A stretch of DNA of 64,000 nucleotides from Isurus oxyrinchus (taxonomy: Eukaryota): positions 158,720,001-158,784,000 of the forward strand of contig JANJGN010000010.1 in NCBI GenBank assembly GCA_026770705.1, given 5' to 3'. Below, in pieces: positions 50,672 through 64,000 of this stretch. The notes under the pieces were generated by a model that worked only from the letters and a program-made list of their open reading frames with translations, made no database searches and had not been told where the DNA came from. Made by a program: the position numbers and the translations under genes. The stretch's first letter is position 1. Each line of letters starts with the position of its first letter.

Positions 50672-51030
50672 ATAAGAACATAAGAAATAGGAGCTGGTGT
50701 GGGCCATTCAGTGCTTCGAGCCTGCTCTACCATTCATTGAGATCATGGCTGATCTATTTCAACACCATTTTCCTGCACTATCCTCATATCGGTTGATGTA
50801 GAAAACTATTGATTTCAGTCTTGCACAAACTCAACGACTGAGCCTTCACAGCCCTCTGGAGCAGAGAATGCCAAAGATTCCCCGCCCTCTGAGTGAAGAA
50901 ATTCTTCCTCACCTCAGCCCTAAATGGCCTGCCTCTTATTCTGAGACTGTGTCCTCTGCCACCCGCCCAGCCAAGGGAAATATCCTTTCCTGCATCTAAC
51001 CTGTCGAGCCCTGTAAGAATTTTGTACATT
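50672..51030 (-). mobile_element. CR1 LINE 3' fragment
   Basis: ORF 50784-51029 includes YKILTGLDRLD and KNFFTQR..NLW.SL. The tail is ATAAGAACATAAGA. Confidence 0.85.
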
Positions 51031-52299
51031 AAGAGTGCTACTAGTGTGCCAAGCTGACCAGAGGGTCATACAAGGGCTACACTCTCAAAATGCTAACTAT
51101 CATGCTCTCATAGAACCATAGAAAAGTTATGGCACAGAAAGAGGCCATTCAGCACATTGTGTCTGTGCTGGCTAGATGAATCTCAGACACACAGAACTAA
51201 GTGCTAATCCCTCATCTGTTTTGAGTTAATTGATCTCAGCCAAGGGAGCAATGGGAGCATAAGAACTAGCAGTCTGATATCAAGGAAAGGGGAAACCGGC
51301 CAGGTTTCCTGGTCTTGTTTTTATCAAGTGAAGCCAGGATTGTATTCAACTGTGATGCCTTCAAACAATACCAAAAGGGAAATTTACACCACCCTAGCAT
51401 GATTCACTGACATCAGGAGAAAAGAGAAAGACATGAAGGAGGGAATAGTAGAAAAAAATTCAAACTGCTTCTTAGGTTTCAGTGTTCTGGATGATAGGGG
51501 TGAATGAAAAATAATTTTATATCTTAAAGTCATCTATTACAAGAATAAATTAAGTTGAAAACTCTGGAAAAGTTCCAGTTTAAACCACAATCAACAGTTT
51601 GGTTTTTGGCTTGGCCTTTCCTCTTGTAAACTAGAGTTCACACCTCTGAATTTATATTATTGAACACTTAAGTCGGTCATCCACCACTGTCTTGTATATT
51701 TCCAAAACCTTTCTGGGGTTGAAGAGTGTACACTTTCTACAGCCTCCCACTGAAACGAACATCAGGGCTATTGCTCTGAAAACACTCTCTATGCTGTAGT
51801 TGATGTCTATTTTCCCATTGACTCAAGAGTGCTTTCTGTTCCTTCTTCAGATCATTCATCTCCAATTATTAATCATCCTATTATTCATACTGAAAATTGA
51901 CTCTACATCCATAAATTTCCTTCACAACGTGTTCCCTTGGTACTCTCTATCTCCATGTCTTTTTAAATGCAGTGGTTGAAACTATGCATCTAAATTTCCA
52001 TCATTCCTTTCAGTGGAGGAATGAAAAGCTTGTTTATTTAATAAAAGATTAAGTTCCTTAGCTTCTCACAATTCTAACAAATACCACTCTTTTTGATAAT
52101 CCAACTCTTAATCTTCCTTCATCTATGGAAATTCTTGGCTCCACCATCTCCTCTGAATTTAAATGGAACTTCTATATCACCTGCATTGTCTCCTAATTTC
52201 CACTCTTTTCCCTTGGGTGGCTCAGAACTCTATAAACTCTGCCAAAATTGATAGCTCCCACACAATAGCAACTAGGATGTTGCTAGTTTGAATATTTTT

Positions 52300-52605
52300 T
52301 TTAGGGCATCACTGGCTAGGCCAGCATTTATTGCCCATCCCTAACTGCCCTTGTTCAGAGGACATTTATAAGTCAACCACATTGCTGTTGGTCTGGAGTC
52401 ACATGTAAGCCAGGCCAGCAGATTTCCTTCCCTAAAGGGGCATTAGTCAACCAGATGGGTTTTTACCACAATCAACATTGGTTTCTAATGACTTTTAATT
52501 CCAGGTTTTTACTGAATTCAAGTTCTACTGTCTGCCACGGTAGGATTTGAACCTGGGTCTCTGGATTACTAGACCAGTGACAATACCACTACACCATCAC
52601 CTCCT
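52300..52605 (-). mobile_element. tRNA-derived SINE
   Basis: Collinear with 61875-62205; minus-strand B-box GGTTCAAATCC. Confidence 0.7.
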
Positions 52606-53270
52606 GCCTGAATAGATCTCACATGTGGGAGGTTCTTCAAGGATCTCTCCCTAATACCTGGGCACTGTGGAGTAAACAGCTTGTCACCTAACAGGGGGTC
52701 CTATACTCAGCTTTTAACCTCCAAACTCTCCCTTCACTGCAAAGTTATGTGTCTTTATTTTTCATCGATATGGCCATGGTGAGCTTTTCTCTGCATACTT
52801 GTTGACCATACCCAACAACGTCTTTCTCCACCACCTTAGATTCCACAGCATCAACTGCCTATCATCATGATATTTGAACTACAGCTTTTTTCGACTTAAT
52901 ATTTGGAAGTGAAATCATTTATTTGCCTTTCTTTTAAAACTCCTCACCCTGGCTGCTGATCCTACCCTCCTTTTGAGGGCTCACTGAAACTAAACCCCCA
53001 TCGATGTGCAATTTTTTGGTGTTGTATTTAACCCTGAGATCAAGATCATCCATTTCTGCATCAGCAACATTGCTCATCTCTGCCCACACCACCACTCTCC
53101 TTTGCTACCTCTAGACCCAGCTGCTGCACCATTCACAACAGTCCACTAAGTTCCATCCTACATAAGACTCTACTGCCTGCAACATACATTTCATTAACAC
53201 TTGTTTAATTATCACTCTCTATTTTCAGACTTCCACGACCTCCCTGTATCCCAATGCACCAAACTCTAAG

Positions 53271-53377
53271 GGCGGGATTTTCTGCACCCACCCATCGCCG
53301 GGATCTTCCGGTCCCGCCACAAGCCAATGGGCTTCTGCCTGGGGCGCCAACCGCGATGGGGCCAGAAAACCTCGGCC
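53271..53377. mobile_element. Small Harbinger-type MITE within an L2 remnant (~52900-53685, +)
   Basis: Ends GGCGGGATTTTCT / AGAAAACCTCGGCC, CpG-rich. The flank ends in the L2-type tail ATATAAATACAAGTTGTTGTT. Confidence 0.6.
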
Positions 53378-54509
53378 GAGATGTTTGTTCTCATTTGCAA
53401 GCCAGTGACCTTACCCTATCTTACCTTTGGAATGTCCTTCAGCTTTCCATGTGCCCTTAGCTCTTCCAGCTCGGACAGTATGTGCATGTCCCTTTCTTTC
53501 TGCTCTATTGTGTTCAGTCCTACACTTTGAAAATCTCCTCTAAACTCAACACACTCCTCTCACCCCAGCTTCAAAGCCTATCTTGTCTATTATGCCTTCA
53601 GATATCTCCTGCTGCTAATGTGGGTTTTTATATCCCTGCATGTTTTTCTGTGTTAAGGATGGTATATAAATACAAGTTGTTGTTCTTTTTTTCATTCAAC
53701 CTTCTTTTGTTCCTGATGTACTCCAAATATACTTTGATAAATACATACAATCTCCCAATCTTCCCACTACATTGAAATCAAGACACCCAATCTTCTGCTC
53801 CAGGTTTTGCCAAGACTTCAAAATGTCCTTAGGCTCTCTTTTCTCTTGCAAACTGCAGGCCTTTAAAACCCAAATGTGGCATCCATTAATGACAACTTCC
53901 AAATTTACTTTTTCTTCTCTTTCACCCATATTAGCCTTTGTGGTTACACGATAGGGATTTGCTTTCATTTTTGATTGTCAATGAAAGACATTTTTTTTAA
54001 AAAGCAAAATGATTGGATTTATCGTGAAATCATTGTGCTGAATGCTGGAGAACAGGTCACATCATTTAATTTATTCTGTTGTAAACATCAAAATAATCCT
54101 GGTTTATTATGTAGTTATTTTTCACATACCCTTTGTTATTTTATAACATTCAAATTCATATCATTTTTTGAAAATATAAATAACTGCTGTACTGCTTGAA
54201 GAGTTGAAATGTTGTCAAGGAAACAGTGAACAACAAATTGAAATGAGGCTCATTGTCATTCGCAGGGAGGTTTATTGCTCTTAAAACAACGATGTGCTTA
54301 TTTAGCAATTTTTTAAAAATTCAATTTACCAGTAGCAGAGCGAGGTTTTTTTTAGTGTGTACCTGAACTATACAAACTGGAAGTGCACCCGTTTTGAGCC
54401 CTGACCTGTGTTGAATTAGCTAATCTTAATTAAAGCTCCAGTTGGGACATAATAGCTGATCTTATTTCGTCTGGGTTAGCAAAGAAGGGAAACCCACGAA
54501 ATGGGTTTC

Positions 54510-54895
54510 GTATCATTGAGGCTATTTTACTGGACTAATAATTTAGAGACATGAGTTCAATTCCCACCACAGCAGCTGCCAAATTTAAATTTACTTAATT
54601 AAATAAATCTGGAATAAACACCTAGTATCAGTAATGGTGACCATGAAACTACTGGATTGCTGTACAAACCCATCAGGCTCATTAATGTCCTCTAAGGAAG
54701 GAAATTTTCTGTCCTTACCTGGTCTGGCCTACATGTAACTCTTAGCCCCTCCTTAACTGCTGTCTGAAATGGCCTAGAAAACCCTTCAGTTGTACTCAAG
54801 AAATTGGCTCACCCCACTATCTTCTTAAGGGCAATTAGGGATGGGCAATATATGCAGACCTTGGCAGCAGCATCCACACCCCATGAATGTATTTA
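54510..54895 (+). mobile_element. tRNA-derived SINE
   Basis: B-box GAGTTCAATTCC and tail GGGCAATTAGGGATGGGCAATA. Confidence 0.7.
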
Positions 54896-55719
54896 AAAAA
54901 AAAATCAGCTAGAGATTACATTCCAGATTGACATTAAATAAAGTGTATAAATAAATACAAGATGCATAGCTAAACCTTGTAATACTTTTCAAAACTTTGG
55001 GATATCTGCAAACTAAAATAAAATGGATTGGTGCTCAGGGATTTGGATCCAAGCCTGGCATCTATACAGCCTTGTGGATAGGTTTGACAGCCTCAGCTGT
55101 TCTCTCTGCTAGCGGCAGGGAAAATAAGCCTCAGAGATAGGCCTTTGTCATTGCTTGACTGCTTCCTGACAGTTTCTAAGGGAACAACTTTGACAGCATC
55201 CATAGAGTTGTCTCTGGACTGGAGCCTTTGGCTCTCCTCACTGGATAGCACACCATTGGTATTTGTGAGGATAAAAAATATGGACATAGAAGTTATTTTT
55301 GTAAAGCACTGTGCTCATGCAGAAGACCATGTACAAAAACAGCATCAAGAATATTTTTTAGGACCATGCTCAGATTATATTTGCAATGCAGTTGCACACT
55401 GAAAAAAACCCAAAATTACATTCAATGCAATTTGTTTTTTTTTAAGAAAATCCTTCTACGACACAACCTCAGGTTTTTCATATGTGATTAAGGGCCATTA
55501 ATAGAAGGGGAATGGAATGGGGCAAGAAACACAAAGGCTCCGAGTACTCATATCACTTCAGTAGTTTACAGCTGAATGCTGATATTTACGAGGAACTGAG
55601 TGATGTGGAATTGAATGGGAACGTGGCAGAACATAGATGAAATCCACTCCTTATGAACCTAGTAGCTTTATACTATTTGTTGACTTTTCCCTCCGCACTT
55701 TCCTTCATTCTCTCCTGAA

Positions 55720-56190
55720 GGCTGAACTCCTGATGGAGAGAGGGAGCGATCTGGAGGAGAGGGAACCATTAGCAATGCAAGCAAAAATGTGAGACAGGAA
55801 GGGAAATTGGGCGGTCAGTAGTTTAGTAGGAATAGGGTCGAGAAAGCAGGAGGTGGGTCTCATGGACAAGATGAACTCGTGGAGGGTATGGTGGAGAATA
55901 GGAGAGAAACTAGAGAAAACCGCAAGTTCAGAGGTGGGACGGGGGAGCTCAGAGGAGGTTTGGCCTGGGGGACTGGGGGGAGGGAAGTGGCAGAGGCCAG
56001 CTGATCAAATGGTCTCAATGTTGGTGACAAAGAAGTGCATGAGCCCCTTGCACTTGCTGTTGGAGTCAAGGGGGGAGGAGACAGGGGAGAGGGATTTAAG
56101 AAAATGGCTTGTGGTAGAGAAGAGCAGCTGGGTGTTACCTTTATTCCAGGCTGATCCTGGGATGCAGTGAGCAGTTTTTCCAGATGAGAG
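55720..56190 (-). mobile_element. Degraded L2-type LINE fragment
   Basis: Minus-strand QLLFSTTSHFLK...C..LMHFFVTNIETI resembles the L2 ORF2 linker region. Similar purine-rich remnants lie at ~44190-44690 and ~60600-60970. Confidence 0.5.
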
Positions 56191-56682
56191 ATGGACCTGA
56201 AAAATTAAACATATGCATTTGGGAAACATGCAGAAATAAACTCTCCAACTAAAGGCAGTTTGCTGGTGTCTGGACTTTAAGACTACTTTCATCTTATAAA
56301 TTTTGCGGTGAGGATTAAGTGAGTAAATCCTCAGAAATAAATTATTTACCCCTCATCCTCCAGTCTGCTGTTTAATTAAAATCAAAACATGAATTTGTAT
56401 TTTTCATAATGCTGTAATGGCCTTTTCTGTTGCCTTTCACTAAATATTATTGTTATTCTAAACCATCATTGGAACACCAAACAGAGAGCCTGTACTAAAG
56501 ATAAGGTAAAGGGATTCACAAACCTCTTATTTGTTTAATGTCAAATTTCTAGGTGATTGTTCCACAAAACTTAAACTGTTTCCTGTGTCGAGGGTGTTGT
56601 TTGGGAGGGGTGGGGAGTTTCAGCAATGGCAACTCCTGAATCTGATAAAACAATATTTAAATTAGTAGCACTTTGAACGTAT

Positions 56683-57346
56683 TGTTGTGAAAATGTCTAA
56701 TTTAACAATACCTACGTTGTAGGAATATAACTTTTAGTTTGGGGATTGAGGTTTGTAATTAAATGTATTCAACGATGGGGCACCCACAGCCCTCTGGAGT
56801 AGAGAATTCCAGAGATAGAATTAGCCAGAAGCTGCCAACCAGTAGCAAAAGGGCTGTCAGAAATGAAGGGTGTTGCTTGATTTTGCAGTCACTGAGCAAG
56901 AGTGCAGTGAGGCCCATGCTTGAGCCGGGGTGTCCATAAGCACGAGGTGCTCAAAGAGAATTGAAGGATTGCTTAAAATGATGGAAGTGGAAATCTTATA
57001 CCTCAGTGGAATAGCAGGAACACTAAGGAGGATCAAAGTGAATTCCTAAAAGCTGTGGCACACCTTGGATCGGTCCCAGGAGAAATGAAAGAACATTCAA
57101 GATCCTGGAAAGTATAGGGGAACTAGAGGGTGGGAATAACAGTAGAACAGAAAGTGTTCTGTTGTGATTTTCAGGCTTGAAGGATAAATGTTTACTGAAT
57201 ATAATGTTAAAGTACTTGCTTTGTTTAACTCTTGTTTGGAAAAAAAAATTAAAATGTGAAACCTTGTGGCGTAATTCTTTCAGTTAATAACTGGGAGTTT
57301 GGATTTCTTTTTCTAAAAGTTAATAGTCTCCCTTGAGGTCATAACA
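56683..57346 (+). mobile_element. Solo LTR (Gypsy-like)
   Basis: Termini TGTTGTGA / TCATAACA match 7/8 as an inverted repeat. 4-bp TSD GTAT/GCAT with one mismatch. Confidence 0.6.
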
Positions 57347-58434
57347 GCATTTCTGCTGGCACCAGCTTGGCTAATATCCTTCAGACTCACCTTAAGTAAC
57401 ATGTGTTAATTCTCTTATTGATGCAATTGAGCGTTAAAAGTGCATAGACTGAGCTATTGAGTTAACTTGGAAGCAGCCCTAGCTGGTCTCTTGACACTGC
57501 TTATTAGAGGTGAACAATGCATCTTTCATGGGTCTCCATATTAAAATTGTTTGAAGTGATATATTTTTACCTTGCACTTACCTCTGACACTGTGTTCCTC
57601 TAAAAGTTTAATCAAATGTCTGTAATTACATTGAAATTGAATTGTGGGGGGCATACCTTCACATAAATTTATTTGAAGCAGCTTGGCAGGAATGTAAGAA
57701 AATGATTTCGATTTTATGCACAGCTATAAAAATAATGGCTCTGTATAGATAAATTATCACACATATGTATTTCCCTCTTCAACACTGGAGAAACCTAATT
57801 ACACCATTCTATTTTGTGTTCTTCATTTGCAAATGTAAAGACAGGTAACAAGTAAGACAAAGGCAAGTGATTCCCAGATGTTCCCCCGGTGCCTTGTGTG
57901 GATGGAGGCAACACCCAAGGTGGTGCTAAGAAATACACACAAGGAAGATCCTGAGGCTTTTATTCTTACTTTCTGCCTAGTTTCACTTCATCTTTGCTAG
58001 AGAGCAGCTGGTACATTGTAATTGGTCCCAAAGTCCCAGGGCTGGCAACCGGAAAAAAAAAATCAGACAGGGTTTTCCATGATTGACCTCTGATGGAAAG
58101 TTCATCACATAAGACATTATCAGGTTTGATGCTGTTAGCCTGCACAGTTGGATAACCCACTGGAATGCTGTCTAGGGGCAAGACTTTCCTTAATTCTATA
58201 ATGAAAAATGGGAGAAATGCTAGTTTTGCAGCTCAGTGATAAAATGCAGATGAACAATTCTGAAAAGTGTGCTTTTTGAAAATGTCATTATAGAAAAATA
58301 TTTTTTTTTAATCTGTTCCAATTACAACATACCTTTAATACTTTTAAAATCGTTTTTCCCTCTCTGGTTTCCAATCAGTCCCTGTGAGAAGACAATATAG
58401 AAGCTGTATTTTTTCATATCCTGCCTTTGCAGAC

Positions 58435-59815
58435 AACATGAAACATGGAAAATTGAAGGGGTGGGCCATTCAGCCCTTTCAGCCTGCTCCACCATTCAAT
58501 GTGATCATGGCTGATCGTCTATGTCAATGCCATACACCCGCTCTCTTCCCATGTCTCTCGATGCCTTTAGAGTGTAGAAATGAATCTATTTCCTTCTTAA
58601 ATATATTCAGTGACTTGGCCTCCACAGACCCCTGTGGTAGAGAATTCCACAGGTTCACCACCCTCTGAGTGAAGAAGTTTCCCCTCATCTCGGTCTTAAA
58701 TAACCCACCCTGTATCCTGAGATTGTGACCCCTTGGCCAGAATATTACACTGGGCGTGCAGGTGCACGTCCGACACGCCTGAGCGTGAAATGACATGCAA
58801 TGATGTCGGGCGTGCGTCCCGATGTCATTGCACAGTCTCGCGATGTTTCATTTGGCGAGCGCAAGCCGGAGTCAGCTGCGCACTCGCCGATAAGTAAAAG
58901 GCCTATTAACATTAACAACCTCATTAACTTGAGAGTAATGGTTGGCGGCCTTTACATTTTTTAGGAAACCTCATCCACGAGCGGGATGAGGTTTCCTAAA
59001 GCTAAAACTTAATTTTGCAATTAAAAACACGTCCCATCTCACGTGATAGAGTCACATGAGGAGACATGTTTTATTAATTTTTTTTTAACTGTCTTTATTA
59101 ATTTTTTAAAAAAGTGCTTCAATCTCCGTGAAGCAGCTCCGTGCGTCAGGGGAGACTGAAGCGCTCTTTCACACGCATGCGTGACCTGCACACCAGACCT
59201 GGCTCTCCCTCCGCCCCCACCCACACAGGCAGCGCTCAGCGCTGCTGCTCGCGATACACGCAGGGAGGGCCTTAATTGGCCCGTCTGCGTGAAATCGCAT
59301 TGCAGAGCCAATCGTGGGCGGCGGTCAGCTTCCTGACCTCCCCTGCCGAGTCTGCCCAACGAGGGAAAAATTCAGGCCCTTGTTCTAGACCCCTCCCCCC
59401 CAGGCAGAGGAAACATCATCCCGGCATCCAGTCTGTCCAGCCCTGTCAGAATTTTATATGTTTCAAATAAAATCCCCTCTCATTCTTCTAAACTCCAGTG
59501 AATACAGGCCTAGTCGGCCCAATCTCTTCAAATACGACAATCCTGCCATCCCAGGAATCAGTCTGGTGAACCTTCGCTGCACTCCCTCTTTGGCAAGTAT
59601 ATCCTTTCTTAGGTAAGGAGACCAAAACTGCGCACAATATTCCAGGTGTGCTCTCACCAAGTCCCTGTACAGCTGCAGTAAGACATCCTTGCTCCTGTAC
59701 GCAAGTCCTCTCGCAATGAGGGCCAACATACTATTTGCCTTCTTAACTGCTTGCTGCGTCTGCATGCTTGCTTTCAGTGATTGGTGTGCAAGGACACCCA
59801 GGTCCCTTTGTACAG
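58435..59815 (-). mobile_element. CR1 LINE 3' fragment interrupted by a MITE
   Basis: ORFs 59463-59852 (QRDLGVL...RAHLEYCAQFWSP...RRMRGD) and 58524-58796 (RGNFFTQRVVNLWNSLP). Confidence 0.9.
58735..59378. mobile_element. Harbinger-type MITE
   Basis: TIRs GGCCAGAATATT / AAAATTCAGGCC and 3-bp TSD CTT (58732-58734 and 59379-59381). Removing the insert restores CR1 sequence GTGACCCCTTGTTCTAG. Confidence 0.85.
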
Positions 59816-59914
59816 CAATGCACCCAATGCCAATGATCACAATTACCCCCATTATAGTAAATGTGGAATGGCAAATCCATGTCAGGGGATGAATCCCAAT
59901 CTATGTAGCCTCCA

Positions 59915-60236
59915 GTCTTACAGTGCTCCAAGATAGCTGTGCTGCTCCAATTCTGGCCTCTTGCGCATCCCTGATTTTTGTTCCTCCTCCATTGACAGCC
60001 ATGCCTACATCTGCCTAGGTTCTAAGCAATGGAATTCCCTCCCTAAACCTCTGCACTTCTGTACTTTCTTTATCTCACTCCATAAAATCTACATTTTTGA
60101 CCAATCATTTGGTCATTGGTCCCAATATCTCCTAATGAGACCTGGTGTCAATTTTCGTCTGATTAAAAACTTGGTGTGATGCACGTTGGGGGTATTTTGC
60201 TACATTAAAGGCGTTGCAAATGCAAGTTGCTGTTCT
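59915..60236 (+). mobile_element. L2-type LINE 3' fragment
   Basis: HAYICLGSKQWNSLPKPL...IYIFDQSF, followed by the tail CATTAAAGGCGTTGCAAATGCAAGTTGCTGTT. Confidence 0.7.
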
Positions 60237-61874
60237 TGCAAATGCTTTGGAATTGGGTTTTGATGAGGTAAATGGGAGGCTGGGAAAGCTATTCCTTACT
60301 CTTTTGGCGGGTTGGTAATGCAAGGGCATCAATTCAAAGGCATCATTGGAGAGGTAAGGGGAACTTTATTTAATTGGAGGGTTGTTAGATCATAGGAATT
60401 CCAAACGAAAATCAGATGGGATAACAGAATTCAGAATTGCGTTTAAGGGGGATTATATTTCACAAAGAAGCATTTTAAAATTTACAAGGCAGGAGTGGAA
60501 GAATGGGCTTATTTGGAGAACTGTTTCAGAGAGCCTGCACAGGCATGTTGGGCTGAATGGCCTCCTTGTGTGTTGTAAAATATGATAATGATTCTGCTGA
60601 GGGTGTGGTGCAGGGGCAGGGAGAAAAGGCATTGTGGGAGATGTTTTGGCTATAATTGGATAGATAATAGCAGGATGAAGTAAGGGTTGAGTTCAACATT
60701 GCATGGGAGGCTTTGGAAGAGGATGGTGGGGTTGACTGTGTCAAAAGCTGAAAAAGATTAAGAAGGACAAGGTCAAAAAACCCCAGAGATGTCATTTGTG
60801 GCTTCGATTATGTCTGTTTCAGGTGCTATGGCCGGGCAGACACTCTGATTGGAGAGATTCAAATATCATATTGCAGGAAAGTTGAGCACATTTTCCTCAG
60901 GTGACGTTATGCTCAAGGGTCTTGGAGATGAAAGAGGAGCTACAGATGGGTCTGGTGGTTTGTAAAGGCTGGTGCCTGTTTTCACATTCCATTTCACAAG
61001 TCCATGAGATTATTACAGAAAAGGAAGGGCATTCAGCCCAACTTAATTCAATCCCTCCTAAATTTAAGCAAAGATGTTGCAGCAGAGTCCAGCAGGGTGA
61101 CAGGGACTGTTACGGAATGGAATATTTAAATGGAAAGGGTTACACATGGAGATGACTCATCTTTTTAGGTAATGTAAGGTCCCATTAATTTGGCCTCTTT
61201 GTATCGTTGATTAAACTCACTTTTAACTGCTAGCCCTCTTGTGTGCTGCTGATTTTTGTTATTAGTATACCATATTTGTGTAAGGTGATTTGCAAATGGC
61301 AACTTTGTATTTTATCTGAAGAAAACACATAAAACATGAAGCATCAGTGAAGAAATGGCATTCTTTGGCATGATTCATATAATCACCTTTGCAAACTAAA
61401 TTTAAATTTGCTGTCTACTTATCATAATGATGATGTCCTTTTAAGTCAGTGGTAGAGGAAAAAAAATCTCCAAAATATATTAAAAATAATCACAATTCTT
61501 TCGATTTGTTATTTTTTTCAGAAGCACTAATGTTAATATGTCCTCTTTAAAGATGTGCATTCAATTAATTACTTAACACATTACACAGGAGTGCAACCAC
61601 ACTGAGAACAAAGTGGAGCCATTGCTAACTAGGGGAAGGAAAATCACATCCTCTTGGGTTGTCAGGAGGCACATCCGGTCTTGGAAAAATCACCAGAAAA
61701 ATACAATCATCAGAGGATCCACTTCCTTAATTTGGCACAACTGCTTGTGAACAAACTGAAGCAATGTTAAGCGAGAAATTATTTTAAACAACTGCTAAAT
61801 CACTGCTAAAGTGGACAGGGGGAACATCATATAAATGAATTCGATACTTACCTGCAAACATTTATTTTTGTTTG

Positions 61875-62205
61875 TTTGTTCATGGGGATCTGGGCATCAC
61901 TGGCTAGGCTAGCATTTATTGCCCATCCCTTTCTGCCCTTATTTAGAGGACAGTTAAGAGTCAACCACATTGCTGTGGGTCTGGAGTCACGTGTAGGCCA
62001 AACCAGCAGATTTCCTTCTTTAAAAGGCATTAGTGAACCAGGTGGGTTTTTACAACAATCAGCAACAGTTTCATGGTCATCCTCAAGACTTTTAATTCCA
62101 GATTAATTTTATCTAATTCAAATTTCACCATTTGCCATGGTGGGATTGGAACCTGGGTCCCCAGAGAATTACCCTGGGTCTCTGGAATACTATGCCACTG
62201 CCTCC
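61875..62205 (-). mobile_element. tRNA-derived SINE with LINE-shared tail
   Basis: Collinear with 52300-52605; minus-strand B-box GGTTCCAATCC. Confidence 0.7.
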
Positions 62206-64000
62206 CCAGGCCAACATTAATTATTACAATTATTGTCAACATTAATTTCTACATGATACATAAGTAGTGATGAAGATGGCTAAGGGGCCCTCTATATATA
62301 CATGGACAAGACTAGGCCATGCTTTTCCTCCCAGTTATTTTCCTTCACCTTGCCCTTTACTGAATGCAGTCACTCATAATGAGGTATGATGCTAACAGCC
62401 TTGCAACTTAGACATTGAGTGTTGTCAGGTTAACTAGTAGGGGCTGAGCCATATCCTGACCTCAGCCAAAACCCACGCACCTTGCATCCAGTGGGATTAA
62501 AGAAGAAACAACAGTATTGATTTTTTTCCCCAGCCTTCACTGGAACAGTTGTCACTTTCCACTACCAACCTGGCTAGACGAGTTAAGGCACGGGGAGGAT
62601 CAAGCTTGAGGCTTTCCTGGTCTGTACATCTCAATAGCTCCAAGGAATCCAAACAATATCAAAAGGACAATACAGTCCATGAAGACCAAACAAAGTTCTA
62701 TTTGTGTTTATATTTCTTCAAAGGCTAGTTCTTTCTGTTTGAAAGTGAATGTTCTGGTCATGGATGTTAACTCCAATAATTGTATATAAGGGAAGAATGA
62801 GTCTGAAAATGGTCCTTTACTTCAAGCAGGTTTATTCTTTAGCCAGCTCAACAGAGTGACAGATTCCCAGTTCCTCTCTCCCCTTTGCCTCCCCCCCACT
62901 CCCCCCATCCCCACCCCAGGAGTGTTACAGCTGTATGGATTATGGGTGAGCCAATGCTCATCACCCGTTTTAATAATGAAACTGTCTTAACAGTTGCCCT
63001 CTTGGTGAATAACCATGAAATCAGGACTGCAAAATCTGTTAACATCCATAATTTGTGATTTATGCACATTAATGGGAACACTGATTTAAATTTCCAAAGG
63101 ATTCTCCCAATCTCCTGCTCCAACTTTAATGGCAAAGCAGTGAAACGCCAGGAGAAATGCCACACACAACTGTTTCAGCCATTGGCACCATTTCTCCAAG
63201 AATTCCATCAATCTCCCACTAGAGAATCCCAGGGATAACTCTAGCCGTATGTGTAGCTCATGAGATCACATGGTACGTAATTTTGCAGTGCATAAAGACA
63301 TAAAGCATTGGCAGCATACCAGACAATATGTTTACTCCCTGAGTCTTTGGGGGATGTCCAATGTTATTTGTTTTAAGTACATTGCAGTAAGTATATTGCT
63401 TTAAACTGATACAGTATATAATGGGAAGAGCAAGAATCAAACTTATATTATGCCCTCAAATTGAAGTATATATAGGTGTTTACTGTGTTGCAGCCTGACT
63501 GTGCAGTGATGAGATTGCTTTTTTTTATGCTTCAGAAGTTTCCTTTGCTGCCAAAGAAGTTAGATTTTCATTTCAATCAAAAGCTTTTGTTCATCACAGT
63601 CTTCAAATCAAGACCTGTATAGGAAGATGGCCTTTGGAACTTCATTCTTTTTTGACTTCCACTGTAAATAGGGCTAATGGGAGCTGAATCAAGTTCATTC
63701 AGCCCCTGTTTGGTGCTATGAGTCAGGTATGAACGCCAATTGGGGATAACATTCAAATGTTCTACGCTTTTAGTTACCATCCCATCGAGCTGATGCAAGA
63801 GCTGCCTGGCTACCCATGTACACAGAACCCTTACTTTCTGACAGAGCTGGTCGCCAACCACGGTAACTAATTGTAAGGAGAATACATATTAATGTAGAGT
63901 ATTGAACATTTAATGCGTGATTCAAGATTTGTTATTTTATCATGAATAGGTTTGAAGGATTTAATTGAAATAAAGGTAGAGATTTTATGTGAAATATTGC

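Noticed and set aside
10761-64000. Search for ANKRD13B exon 2 (DPRGRTPLHLA) downstream, and for GIT1 exon 2 in 1-9458
   Set aside because: Not found by eye. They probably lie outside the window, although a short exon could have been missed.

Overview
This is vertebrate genomic DNA; the repeat content points to a cartilaginous fish (shark-like, inferred). The window holds a head-to-head gene pair sharing a ~1.15 kb CpG-rich bidirectional promoter. The first coding exon of GIT1 is on the minus strand (9459-9510) and the first coding exon of ANKRD13B is on the plus strand (10662-10760). I could not find exon 2 of either gene, so the rest is probably first-intron sequence. It is filled with CR1 and L2 LINE fragments, Deu-domain and other tRNA-derived SINEs, Harbinger elements and MITEs, Gypsy remnants and Penelope-like elements (PLEs). 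Most notable: (1) a young PLE family whose minimal hammerhead ribozyme has a non-canonical CUGUCGA core; (2) a perfect 103-bp-arm fold-back insertion of that family; (3) a ~530-bp inverted duplication in GIT1 intron 1 that encloses a possible cryptic exon; (4) two ATGA-chained uORFs leading into the ANKRD13B start codon; (5) a Harbinger element with nested Gypsy and PLE insertions. No prokaryote-type systems were seen. All calls were made by eye, with no database searches.
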